64,000 bases of DNA from Nitrospirota bacterium (GTDB lineage Bacteria; Nitrospirota; Thermodesulfovibrionia; Thermodesulfovibrionales; UBA1546). The stretch covers positions 4,003 to 68,002 of the forward strand of contig JACPZK010000004.1 of assembly GCA_016195565.1 (NCBI GenBank), in the 5' to 3' direction. Of this stretch, positions 28,347 through 37,574 are shown one piece after another (position 1 is the stretch's first letter; each line of letters starts with the position of its first letter). The position numbers and the translations under genes were made by a program. The notes below the pieces were generated by a model that had not been told where the DNA came from, did no database searches, and saw only the letters and a program-made list of their open reading frames with translations.

Positions 28347-29117
28347 ATGAAAACAAAAAGGATAACTGAGAGTATTCTTGACACAATACTTTATCTTTCC
28401 GGACTTTTCAATTTAATCCTTAATGCATTTAAAAATCTTCCTTCCCTTAGAATCGGCCCTGTGCGCACTGTTTTCTTCAGGCAGATATATTTTGCCGGAA
28501 TTGAGACTTTAGGCAAGATGATAATCATAGGGCTGTTAATCGGGATTGTCATAATAAGCCAGATTACAAGCCTCATAGGCGTCGGAAGAGGAGAGCTTAT
28601 AGGGAAAATACTGGTTTGGGTTGTAATCAGAGAGTTAGGCCCATTATTCGCAGCAATAGTAGTGATTGCAAGAAGCGTTACCGCAATATCCGCAGAACTT
28701 GGCTCCATGAATGCGCAGGGCGAGGTTGCAAGCATTGAAATGATGGGCATAGACCCTGAGCGATACCTGATAATGCCAAGGATTATTGCGCTTACATTGT
28801 CAGCGGTCATGCTGACTTTTTATTTTGAACTTGCAGCCATACTCGGAGGCATAACTGTCACATCGCTATTCTGGGGCATTCCATTTGAGCAGCATACTAC
28901 AGGGATACTGTCTTCCCTGACCATCCCGGAGTTATCCGCATCTCTTGTGAAAAGCCTTTTGTTCGGGCTGGTAATCTCAGCAGTAAGCTGTTCTCAGGGG
29001 CTCAAGGTCAGCGGAAGCATAACCAAAATACCACAGGCAACAACAAAGGCGACAATGCAGAGCCTGTTTTTTGTGTTTATCTTTGATGGTATAATAACCC
29101 TTATATTTTTCCTATGA
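28347..29117 (+). CDS. mlaE: MlaE/YrbE-family ABC transporter permease
   Basis: 256 aa, multi-TM, with MlaE-like motifs (FFRQIYFAGIETLGKMIIIG...RELGPLFAAIVVIARS). Confidence 0.8.
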   Translation: MKTKRITESILDTILYLSGLFNLILNAFKNLPSLRIGPVRTVFFRQIYFAGIETLGKMIIIGLLIGIVIISQITSLIGVGRGELIGKILVWVVIRELGPLFAAIVVIARSVTAISAELGSMNAQGEVASIEMMGIDPERYLIMPRIIALTLSAVMLTFYFELAAILGGITVTSLFWGIPFEQHTTGILSSLTIPELSASLVKSLLFGLVISAVSCSQGLKVSGSITKIPQATTKATMQSLFFVFIFDGIITLIFFL

Positions 29118-29770
29118 TTACACTTGAATGTGCAAGCCTTAAGGGATTTTTAGATTGCGCTTCACTGGCTATCTCCGGTGGAAAGGCCTGTGTTGTTTTG
29201 ACAGAAACCGAGTTCGAGAAAAACCTTCTCCTGAGAATATTCACAGGGCTGACAAGGCTGGATTCAGGCAAGATTTTTATTTTTGAAAAAGAGGTATCAT
29301 CTTTTTCATCCGGCGAGCTCAATGCCGCGAGGAAAAGAATGGGCATTGTCTTGAACAATGGAGGGCTTATAAGCAATCTCAAGGTCTGGGAAAACATAAT
29401 GCTGCCCTTGTCTTATCATTCATCCTTATCACATCATGACATGGACGAGAAAATGATAAGCATTTTGGGTAAAATAGGCTATGACGATGACCTGACAATA
29501 CTTCCGGGCCCTTTGCCTGTTTACAAAAAGAGGCTTGCAGGGTTTGCAAGGGCCATGCTTATGGAACCTGATTTGATTATCTACGATTCAGTTTTTGAAG
29601 GCTTAAGTCCTGATATCAGAAGTAAAGTGCTGGAAACCATTACTGCGTTCCAGCGTCAAAAAGAGGGCAGGGCATCTCTGTTTTTTGACATGGACGAAGG
29701 GTTGCCGGATTATATCAGAGCAGACAGCATTTACACATTAAAGAAGGGGAAATTTTATGAAAGAAACTGA
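29114..29770 (+). CDS. MlaF-like ABC ATPase homolog with degenerate nucleotide-binding motifs
   Basis: ATGA overlap with mlaE. ABC-like scaffold, but TETEFEKN sits at the Walker A position, LPVYK at the LSGG signature, LIIYDSV at Walker B (no catalytic Glu), and DMDEG at the H-loop. Confidence 0.6.
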   Translation: MITLECASLKGFLDCASLAISGGKACVVLTETEFEKNLLLRIFTGLTRLDSGKIFIFEKEVSSFSSGELNAARKRMGIVLNNGGLISNLKVWENIMLPLSYHSSLSHHDMDEKMISILGKIGYDDDLTILPGPLPVYKKRLAGFARAMLMEPDLIIYDSVFEGLSPDIRSKVLETITAFQRQKEGRASLFFDMDEGLPDYIRADSIYTLKKGKFYERN

Positions 29771-30671
29771 CCCGAGATTCCTAAGGCTGACAGGAAAAGT
29801 AGGATTGTTTTTTATTATTGCAGCCGCAGGCATAATAGCTACTGTGGTTTTTATTGGAATTGAACGCGGCGTCTTTACGGCTAAATACAGGATTAATTTT
29901 ACGGTTGATAAAGGCACGGGATTTTTTGAGGGCATGCCTGTCAAGCTTTCAGGATTTAAGATCGGTAAAATAGATTCCATGTCGCTTGATGAAAATGCAA
30001 AGGTTAAAGTCACCCTTTTAATCAATAAGAAATACAGTAAATGGATACGGCAGGATTCAAAGGCAATGCTTACGAAAGAAGGCTTCATAGGCGAGGGTGT
30101 TATAGACATTAGCGTGGGCAGTACTAATAAGCCTGTTATCGGAGACGGAGGCATTATCCAGAATGAGAAGGCAAGGGGACTTGATGAAATTGCGGAAGAG
30201 ATGCGTCCGGTAATAGGCGAAATTAAAGATATCATAACCTATATAAATGATCCGAAGGGCGACATTAAGCAGACCCTTTCAAACCTTAAAACATTGTCTT
30301 CCGGCCTTAATGCAACAAAGGAAAATGCTGACAAGCTTTTAAAGAACGCTGACAGTAATATTTCAGGCGTTTCGTCTGATGCTTCAAAAGCCCTTAAAAA
30401 TATTGATAAAACTGTTTCGTCTATGAACGATAAAATAAATCCTGTAATCGATAAACTTAACAGGACCATGGACCATGCAGAGAAAACAACAGCAAACCTT
30501 AAGGATGCGGTGGAAAAAGCAGCTCCGAAAGTGCCGCCGCTTTTAAATAAAGGCGAGGACGCACTGAGCGACACCAGTGAAGTTGTAAAGTCTTTAAAGC
30601 AGATATGGCCTATACGCCTCTTTATTGAAAAGCCAAAGGACAGCCTTATTCATGGAGACAGCTATGAATAG
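29757..30671 (+). CDS. mlaD: MlaD/MCE-domain protein
   Basis: N-terminal TM helix. MCE domain (FEGMPVKLSGFKIGKIDSMSL...). Extended coiled C-terminus. Confidence 0.75.
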   Translation: MKETDPRFLRLTGKVGLFFIIAAAGIIATVVFIGIERGVFTAKYRINFTVDKGTGFFEGMPVKLSGFKIGKIDSMSLDENAKVKVTLLINKKYSKWIRQDSKAMLTKEGFIGEGVIDISVGSTNKPVIGDGGIIQNEKARGLDEIAEEMRPVIGEIKDIITYINDPKGDIKQTLSNLKTLSSGLNATKENADKLLKNADSNISGVSSDASKALKNIDKTVSSMNDKINPVIDKLNRTMDHAEKTTANLKDAVEKAAPKVPPLLNKGEDALSDTSEVVKSLKQIWPIRLFIEKPKDSLIHGDSYE

Positions 30672-31635
30672 CAGCCGGCAAGAGATAGTTAAAAGTTTAA
30701 AGTTGAAAATTAAAAGTTCAAAACTTAAGGCTGTTTGCTGTTTGCTGTTTGCTGTCTACTGTCTACTTCTGATTGGCTGCAGTGGCGCTCAAACCCAAAC
30801 ATTGTCCGCCGTTAATCTGAGGGCAATTGAATACAACCAGAACGCAGCGAAGGCTGTGGAAAAAGGCGATTATGAAAAGGCATTGGCTTATTACATGGAA
30901 GCCCTGAAGATAAACCGTTCAATTGAAAATACAGAGGGAATAGCCGTTAACCTTATAAACATAGCTGTGCTATATCAGAAAAAAGGGAATCCCTCAAACG
31001 CACATGAATTTGTAGATATAGCTTTTTCCATGCCTGATATAAGCAATGAAATCAGGTCAGATGCAGCGTATGAGAAGGCAAGGATTTATCTAAAGGAGAA
31101 AAATGCTGCGAAGGCAAAGGAGTGGGTTAATAAGTCTTTGTCCGTGGATAAAGGGCTCCGCGAGGGAAGCAGATGGAATCTGATGGGAAGAATTTCCTTC
31201 GCAGAAGGCAAATACGACGAAGCTGCTGCAATGGCAAATACCGCGCTTAACCTCAACAGGGAAAACAAGCAAAGGGCTGAAGAGTCAAATTCTTTAAGGC
31301 TGATGGCTGAGATAAATGCTCAGAAGGGCCTTTATTGGGAATCAAGAGAGTTATACAAAAAATCACTTGAGATTGATAAGGAGCTCGGAGACAGCAAAAA
31401 AATTGCCACGACTCTCAGGGGAATAGGAATGCTTTCTTTAAAACAGGGGCATTTTCAGGATGCCGCAATTTTTTATTTGAGGGCTTATGATGTCAGCAGC
31501 AACGCCGGGGATACGGAAGGGACATCAGAGGCGCTGGATTCCCTGTCAGATGCATACCGGAAATCAGACGATGATAAAAAGGCAGAGGAAATTTTGAAAA
31601 AGAAAGCCAATCTCGAAAAAGAGAAAAAGAAATAG
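30664..31635 (+). CDS. TPR-repeat lipoprotein
   Basis: ATG at 30664 overlaps the mlaD stop. Lipobox (LLLIGC|SG). Several TPR units ([16 protein letters not shown]..). Lys-rich tail. Confidence 0.7.
   Translation: MNSSRQEIVKSLKLKIKSSKLKAVCCLLFAVYCLLLIGCSGAQTQTLSAVNLRAIEYNQNAAKAVEKGDYEKALAYYMEALKINRSIENTEGIAVNLINIAVLYQKKGNPSNAHEFVDIAFSMPDISNEIRSDAAYEKARIYLKEKNAAKAKEWVNKSLSVDKGLREGSRWNLMGRISFAEGKYDEAAAMANTALNLNRENKQRAEESNSLRLMAEINAQKGLYWESRELYKKSLEIDKELGDSKKIATTLRGIGMLSLKQGHFQDAAIFYLRAYDVSSNAGDTEGTSEALDSLSDAYRKSDDDKKAEEILKKKANLEKEKKK
30688..30768 (+). repeat. AAAGT-unit repeat followed by a 7-bp tandem array, together encoding the signal peptide
   Basis: gttaaaagtttaaagttgaaaattaaaagttcaaaacttaag (30688-30729) is followed by ctgtttg x3 and ctgtcta x2 (30731-30765). 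Translated: [14 protein letters not shown] + [13 protein letters not shown]. Confidence 0.85.
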
Positions 31636-31642
31636 ATTCCAG

Positions 31643-32401
31643 ATGAGATTTGATGTAATTACAATCTTTCCTGATATCTTTAATGCCTACCTCAATGCCA
31701 GCATCCTTAAGAGAGCAGCAGAAAGAAATATTATTGAAGTAAAGGTCCATAATCTGAGGGATTTCACGACTGACAGGCACAGAACTGTGGATGATTATCC
31801 TTATGGCGGCGGGCCGGGCATGGTGATGAAGCCCGAGCCGTTCTTCAGCGCGGTGGAGCATATTAAATCCGACGGCATTCCAAGGCGCGTTGTTATGCTG
31901 ACGCCACAGGGGAAGACATTTAGTCAGGATATGGCGCTTTCTATGTCCGGACAAAATCAAAATATGATTCTTATATGCGGCAGGTATGAGGCTATAGATG
32001 AAAGGGTAAGAAGTCTTGTTGATGAGGAGATTTCCATAGGCGATTATGTATTGACTGGCGGAGAACTGCCTGCTTTGGTTATAATAGACAGTATTGTTAG
32101 GCTTATCCCGGGCGTGCTTGGAGATGAGCGCTCTGCTGAAGAAGAATCATTTGCATGCGGCGGGATACTTGAATATCCGCATTACACAAGGCCTCCTGAT
32201 TTCAGAGGGCTTAAGGTGCCTGAGGTTTTGTTGTCAGGAAATCACAAGGCAATATCTCAGTGGAGAAGAAAAGAGGCTTTAAGATTAACCATTGTCAGAA
32301 GGCCTGATCTTATGTCCCAATATGTATCGGGGTTGAAAGACGAGGATAATAAATTGGTTTCGGAAATAAAGGAGGAAGAAAAAAAACATGAATATGATTG
32401 A
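31643..32401 (+). CDS. trmD: tRNA (guanine37-N1)-methyltransferase
   Basis: [13 protein letters not shown]..., [30 protein letters not shown] are canonical TrmD motifs. Confidence 0.95.
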   Translation: MRFDVITIFPDIFNAYLNASILKRAAERNIIEVKVHNLRDFTTDRHRTVDDYPYGGGPGMVMKPEPFFSAVEHIKSDGIPRRVVMLTPQGKTFSQDMALSMSGQNQNMILICGRYEAIDERVRSLVDEEISIGDYVLTGGELPALVIIDSIVRLIPGVLGDERSAEEESFACGGILEYPHYTRPPDFRGLKVPEVLLSGNHKAISQWRRKEALRLTIVRRPDLMSQYVSGLKDEDNKLVSEIKEEEKKHEYD

Positions 32402-32750
32402 ATCAATTGAAAGAGGATACATGAAAGAAGTTCCCGCATTCAATGTCGGCGATACTGTCAAGGTATCCGTAAAAGTTGTTGAAGGAGACAAAGAAAGGCT
32501 CCAGCCTTTTGAGGGCGTTGTTATCGCAAGGCGCGGCGGCGGAACAAGAGAGTCTTTTATGGTCAGAAAGATATCTTTTGGCATCGGAGTTGAAAGGATA
32601 TTTCCGCTGTATTCTCCAAACATAGATAAGATTGAAGTAATTAAACAGGGTTCGGTAAGAAGGGCTAAGCTTTACTACCTGCGAGGTAAAAAAGGCAAGG
32701 GCACACGCATAAAAGAGAAAGAAAGAGAATTTGTACAGCAAAAGGCTTAA
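32388..32750 (+). CDS. rplS: 50S ribosomal protein L19
   Basis: [35 protein letters not shown] is conserved L19 sequence. Position downstream of trmD is typical. Confidence 0.95.
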   Translation: MNMIESIERGYMKEVPAFNVGDTVKVSVKVVEGDKERLQPFEGVVIARRGGGTRESFMVRKISFGIGVERIFPLYSPNIDKIEVIKQGSVRRAKLYYLRGKKGKGTRIKEKEREFVQQKA

Positions 32751-33367
32751 TGAATATCTTCCTGTATGATGAATCCCTGAGGCAAAAGGGGTTTTGCAGG
32801 ATTGCCGGGATAGATGAGGCAGGAAGGGGGCCATTGGCAGGTCCTGTTGTGGCTTCTGCCGTGGTCATGCCTGACGGTAAAACAATAAAGGGACTGCGGG
32901 ATTCAAAGAAAGTTCCTGAAGCCGAAAGAGAAAGCCTGTTTGACGATATAATGGGTTGCTGCCTTGACGTCGGCGTAGGGATAGTAGATGCCGGGGAGAT
33001 AGACAAGATTAACATTCTCAGAGCTACAAAGCATGCGATGGAAAAGGCAATAAAAGCCCTCTCAGCAGAACCTGACCTTTTACTTATAGATGCCGTGAAG
33101 CTGCCCCAGGTGCATATTAAGCAAATTTGTCCGATAAAGGGGGAATCTGTCAGCGCCTCTATCGCAGCAGCATCTATCGTCGCAAAAGTAACAAGAGACA
33201 GGCTGATGCAGCAATATCACGAAATCTACCCTGAATACGGCTTCGAGAAGCATAAAGGATACTGCACAAAAGAACATATGGAAAAATTACTCAGCTATGG
33301 GCCTTGCCCTATTCACAGAAAAAGCTTTGATAAGGTAATGGATTTAGCACTGCCATTCGGGCAATAA
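32750..33367 (+). CDS. rnhB: ribonuclease HII
   Basis: IAGIDEAGRGPLAGPVV and DSKKV motifs. The size fits. Confidence 0.95.
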   Translation: MNIFLYDESLRQKGFCRIAGIDEAGRGPLAGPVVASAVVMPDGKTIKGLRDSKKVPEAERESLFDDIMGCCLDVGVGIVDAGEIDKINILRATKHAMEKAIKALSAEPDLLLIDAVKLPQVHIKQICPIKGESVSASIAAASIVAKVTRDRLMQQYHEIYPEYGFEKHKGYCTKEHMEKLLSYGPCPIHRKSFDKVMDLALPFGQ

Positions 33368-33450
33368 AAGTGTTTAGTATCAGTGAATAGTGCCAGTAGT
33401 TTTCTGAACACTGACACCAAAAACTGACACTGGCAGAATGAGAGGGTATT

Positions 33451-34101
33451 ATGGAACAGGAAAGAATAGATGAAGCGTTAGAGCTTATATGGTTGCTTGA
33501 AGAAGAGGGGCGCACGGAGTTCAACAGGTTTAAATTAAACTCCGATGATGTTAATTTTGATGAGATGGTTAATGAGATGATAAAAAGCAATCTTATCCTT
33601 CTTAAAGAAGACAAGGTTGGATTCACAGAAAAAGGCCGTATGCTCGCAAAAGGACTCATCCGCAGGCATCGTCTTGCAGAACAGCTCTTTACTGATGTTT
33701 TTGAGCTTCCTGAAACCGCTGTTGATGCTGACGCATGCAAGATGGAACACATCCTTAGCGAAGAATTGACAGAAAGCGTCTGCACTTTTCTTGGACATCC
33801 TCCAAAATGCCCTCATGGAAAGCCGATACCAAGAGGCGAATGCTGCAAGAAATATAAAATAGAAATAGAACCGCTGGTTGTCAGGCTGACTGACTTTGAG
33901 GTCGGGCTGAAAGGAAGGATAGTTTTTATAGTATCAGCCGAAACATCAAGGCTTAACAGGCTCAGCTCTATGGGCATAATTGCCGGAAGCGTAATAAAGT
34001 TACTGCAAAAAAAACCCTCCCTTGTTATTCAGGTTGAAGAAACGGCAATCGCAATAGATCCTGACATTGCAAAAGAGATATACGTTAAAAAAACCTCCTG
34101 A
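33451..34101 (+). CDS. DtxR/MntR-family metal-dependent transcriptional regulator with FeoA-like C-terminal domain
   Basis: RRHRLAEQLFTDVF...DADACKMEHILSEEL...HPPKCPHGKPIP is a DtxR-type metal-binding/dimerisation region. The C-terminal SH3-like FeoA segment reads RLNRLSSMGIIAGSVIKL. Confidence 0.85.
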   Translation: MEQERIDEALELIWLLEEEGRTEFNRFKLNSDDVNFDEMVNEMIKSNLILLKEDKVGFTEKGRMLAKGLIRRHRLAEQLFTDVFELPETAVDADACKMEHILSEELTESVCTFLGHPPKCPHGKPIPRGECCKKYKIEIEPLVVRLTDFEVGLKGRIVFIVSAETSRLNRLSSMGIIAGSVIKLLQKKPSLVIQVEETAIAIDPDIAKEIYVKKTS

Positions 34102-34333
34102 TACAGAAGGAGGCTATGCCTGTTTTTCGGCAATATTAAACTACCATTTCAATGGTGCAGATGTTATACGATATATCAGCCTCTTACAAATTCTCATGCG
34201 GGGCTATCCGCTCCACTTCGTAGAGACTTCAGCCCCTATTCTGACAGACCCGTGAATCTTGCCTCAATCCAAACACAGCCTCCTTATTCATGCCTGCCTT
34301 GCTACAGGTTCATCCCGCATGTTAAATTTTAAG

Positions 34334-35632
34334 ATGCAGCGAAAAGTGCATATTCATACATTCGGATGCCAGATGAATGTCCATGATTCTGAGAAAATGG
34401 CCGGCATTCTTAAGGCTGAAGGCTATATCAAGGCTGCAAATGCAGAAGATGCAGACCTCATAATCTTTAATACCTGCAGTATAAGGCAGAAGGCAGAACA
34501 AAAATTCAGAAGCGAACTCGGAAGGATAAAATTATTAAAAACCAAAAACCCGCTGCTTAAGATAGCTGTTGCGGGCTGCATTGCACAGCAGAGGGGGAGG
34601 GATATACTTAAAAAGAGCCCTCATGTGGATTATGTATTCGGCCCGCAGAATATCCACAAATTAGGCGCTATGTTAACAACAAATGCTATGGTTTGCATTG
34701 AAGATAACCCAGAGATTCAACACACCGACCTTCCTGCAGAGAGAAAGGAAAATGTTAAGGCATGGGTCTCCATAATGTACGGATGTAATAATTTTTGCAG
34801 TTATTGCATAGTGCCTTATACGCGGGGCAGAGAAAGGAGCAGGCCCAGTCAAAATATATATAAAGAAATACATGAGCTGGCTGAAAAAGGATTTAAGGAA
34901 GTAACTCTTCTCGGACAAAATGTTAACTCTTATAATAGCGATACTAATTTCCCCGGACTCCTGAGGAAAATAGACACCATAAAAGGGGTTGAGAGGATAA
35001 GGTTTGTCACATCACACCCCCGGGACCTTTCTGATGAACTGATTTTATGCATTAAGGAATTGCCAAAAACCTGTGAACATATTCACCTGCCGCTCCAGTC
35101 AGGTTCAAGCAGAATACTCAAGCTTATGAACAGGGGATATACCTATGAGGACTACATTGAAAAGGTCAGAAAACTCAAAGAAAGTATCCCACAGATTGCA
35201 ATAACAACAGACCTTATTGCAGGTTTTCCCTTCGAAACGGACAATGACCATTCCATGACCATTAAAGCCTTAAGAAGCATTGAATTTGACGGCATTTTTG
35301 CTTTTAAATTTTCTCCACGACAAGGGACAAAAGCCGCAGAGATGGAAGGAAGCATTAATGAGGAGATAACGTCGCAGCGGCTCAATGATATACTCGGGCT
35401 TCAGGACGACATTACTCTAAGTAAGAATGAGGCGCTCAAGGGAACACTTCAGGAAGTGCTTGTTGAGGGTGCAAGCAAAACAGACAAGAGAAAGATAACA
35501 GGCAGAACAAGGACAAACAAGATAGTTAATTTTGAGGGTGATGAGGCGTTCACTGGCTGTTTAGTTAATGTTGAGATTAGAACAGCGATGAGGCACTCTC
35601 TTGAAGGCAGGCTCACAAGTCAAAGCCGATAA
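34334..35632 (+). CDS. miaB: tRNA-2-methylthio-N6-dimethylallyladenosine synthase
   Basis: HIHTFGCQMN (UPF0004 domain), radical SAM CNNFCSYCIVP, C-terminal TRAM. The ATG at 34334 (MQRKVHIH) is more plausible than the upstream ATG at 34259. Confidence 0.95.
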   Translation: MQRKVHIHTFGCQMNVHDSEKMAGILKAEGYIKAANAEDADLIIFNTCSIRQKAEQKFRSELGRIKLLKTKNPLLKIAVAGCIAQQRGRDILKKSPHVDYVFGPQNIHKLGAMLTTNAMVCIEDNPEIQHTDLPAERKENVKAWVSIMYGCNNFCSYCIVPYTRGRERSRPSQNIYKEIHELAEKGFKEVTLLGQNVNSYNSDTNFPGLLRKIDTIKGVERIRFVTSHPRDLSDELILCIKELPKTCEHIHLPLQSGSSRILKLMNRGYTYEDYIEKVRKLKESIPQIAITTDLIAGFPFETDNDHSMTIKALRSIEFDGIFAFKFSPRQGTKAAEMEGSINEEITSQRLNDILGLQDDITLSKNEALKGTLQEVLVEGASKTDKRKITGRTRTNKIVNFEGDEAFTGCLVNVEIRTAMRHSLEGRLTSQSR

Positions 35633-36167
35633 TACCCACAAAGGTGCGTGTCTTGATTTAAAACCTAAAGTAAAACATTCAGAACTTCTTGAAACTATTT
35701 TAAAACAAACAACAATAAGGTATCTCAAAAATGTTCTAATAGAAGAGAACAATATGAAGGGTACATGCTCCGGGACAACAGGTAATCACTTGAAAGTTAT
35801 CGTGCCCATTGATAACCATTCTCGCGGATCCCTTATTACTGTAAGGATTCAGAGCATTCAAGAGGGTAAGCTTATCGGCATCCCAATCTTTTGTCACAAC
35901 TAATTGATTCTAAAGGTATTTCAGCCTGCCTAAAACTCGTTCATATCCGTAGAAACCTATACAGACATTGACCTGAGCCCCGCTACATATCGTCTTAATA
36001 ACAACTTATCAACAACCTTTGTTTATAGCGTATGTCCGATAAGATATATTATGTTAAATTAACATAAACACAAAACCATAGGGTATCCTATAGTGGGGTT
36101 GATCGTGCGAGGCATGGAGTTATATGAAGGCTCCCCTGTCTTGTTAAGGAAGTGTTTTGTAATTGCC

Positions 36168-37292
36168 TTAAATTTCAATAAGTTCGTAGTCTCTGCTTCC
36201 AAGCCCCAGCCTCCCAGCCTCCTCTATCTGCATGCGGTAAGGCTTCCTTGAAAGCTTAAAAAGAATATCCTTGGTTTGCCTTCCTTGCTTTCCAGGCGCG
36301 ATTGCCGCTGATTGCGGTAAGGGCTTTGCCTTTAAGAGTATATCAGTCGTTGCCTGCTCAATTGCCACTATGTCATCAGAGACAAGAATTCCCTGATCCT
36401 GCATGACCGGCACATCAGCAGCCGGCATGCAATCACATTCAGGCTGTATTTCTGTAAGGAAGTTTATATAAATCACTTTATTAGGCTTGAACGTACTTAA
36501 AACAGCCAAAGCAGCTTCTGCGAGGGCCTTCATGAATCTTTCATCATCTCCCGGCAGCATCAAGGCGCCTTCCGGACAAACCCTGGTGCACCTGCCGCAC
36601 CTCCAGCAGTCATCTTCGTTATAGCCAAACATTTCGTTTTCGAACTTTATCAGTTCAAGAGGGCAGGTTTCTTCGCATTGAAGACAGAGCGCACATTTTT
36701 CTTCATCCCAAAGTAACCTGCCCTCACCTATTGTATGCATTGCGCCCCTTCCGCACTTCCATCCGCAGTGTCGATGACTGGAACTTATCCCTCCCATGGC
36801 AACGTTTTTAATTGCACCGGCATAGCCTGCCTGAATATGCCCCTTTACATGTGAACAAACGACCATTGCGGGAACATCATAGATAAGGCTTGCAACTGCT
36901 ATTTCACCAAGAATTTCGCCTGCTTTAACCATTATATTATCATTGCCGTAAAGTCCGTCACCAAGCACAACAGGCGCTCCAACTGAGAGTGAATTTATTC
37001 CGTTCTGGTTTGCGACTTCAAGATAATCCAGTCCTTTTATACGTACCGTATCTGTCACAAAAGGCTTTGCATCTATACCCTTCAAAGCATCCACAACCTT
37101 TCTCAAAAATACAGGTCTTACAACCCTGTGGGCGCCTTCTGAACCGAAATGAGTTTTCACTGCTATCCATTCATCCTTATTAAAATGTGCCGAAAGATTA
37201 ATTTCCTTAAGCACCCGTTCGAGTTTGCCGGGCATGCTGTCAGCATACTTCCATTTTTTTACTCTTGCTGATGCAAAATAGACCTTTGACAT
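36168..37292 (-). CDS. DUF362-domain protein with 2x[4Fe-4S] ferredoxin-type insert
   Basis: MSKVYFA...IAVKTHFGSEG..PVFLRKVVDALKGIDAKPFVTDT is DUF362-like. Ferredoxin motifs are CALCLQCEETCP and CWRCGRCTRVCP. Confidence 0.75.
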   Translation of the reverse strand: MSKVYFASARVKKWKYADSMPGKLERVLKEINLSAHFNKDEWIAVKTHFGSEGAHRVVRPVFLRKVVDALKGIDAKPFVTDTVRIKGLDYLEVANQNGINSLSVGAPVVLGDGLYGNDNIMVKAGEILGEIAVASLIYDVPAMVVCSHVKGHIQAGYAGAIKNVAMGGISSSHRHCGWKCGRGAMHTIGEGRLLWDEEKCALCLQCEETCPLELIKFENEMFGYNEDDCWRCGRCTRVCPEGALMLPGDDERFMKALAEAALAVLSTFKPNKVIYINFLTEIQPECDCMPAADVPVMQDQGILVSDDIVAIEQATTDILLKAKPLPQSAAIAPGKQGRQTKDILFKLSRKPYRMQIEEAGRLGLGSRDYELIEI

Positions 37293-37299
37293 TTTCCCC

Positions 37300-37554
37300 T
37301 CATTTCACAAGCTTATTATAAATATAGCCGATCAGCACTGCGCTCACAAAGCCATCAGCAAAACCATAGAGCAGCCCAAGAAAACTTCCAAGCGGAGTTA
37401 TGCTGTAACCCGGATATATGGATTGCGCAAGAACTTCCAGAAAAAGTTTGCCGTGGCCTGTGTAATAGGAAATCCATGTTGTTATAAACAGCGAAACGCC
37501 CCAGACTGATCCAAGCGCAGCTCCGAGTGCAATCGGTCTTAATTTCATATGCAC
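37300..37554 (-). CDS. small membrane protein
   Basis: 84 aa with three hydrophobic segments. Lies between nadE and the DUF362 gene on the same strand. Confidence 0.45.
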   Translation of the reverse strand: MHMKLRPIALGAALGSVWGVSLFITTWISYYTGHGKLFLEVLAQSIYPGYSITPLGSFLGLLYGFADGFVSAVLIGYIYNKLVK

Positions 37555-37574
37555 CTCAATTTTTACCCTCTATC

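Noticed and set aside
35601-35903. 100-aa ORF overlapping the 3' end of miaB
   Set aside because: It overlaps miaB out of frame and has a weak or absent RBS for the internal ATG. Only a vague TRAM-like resemblance in the last 45 residues was seen. That is insufficient support for a gene call.
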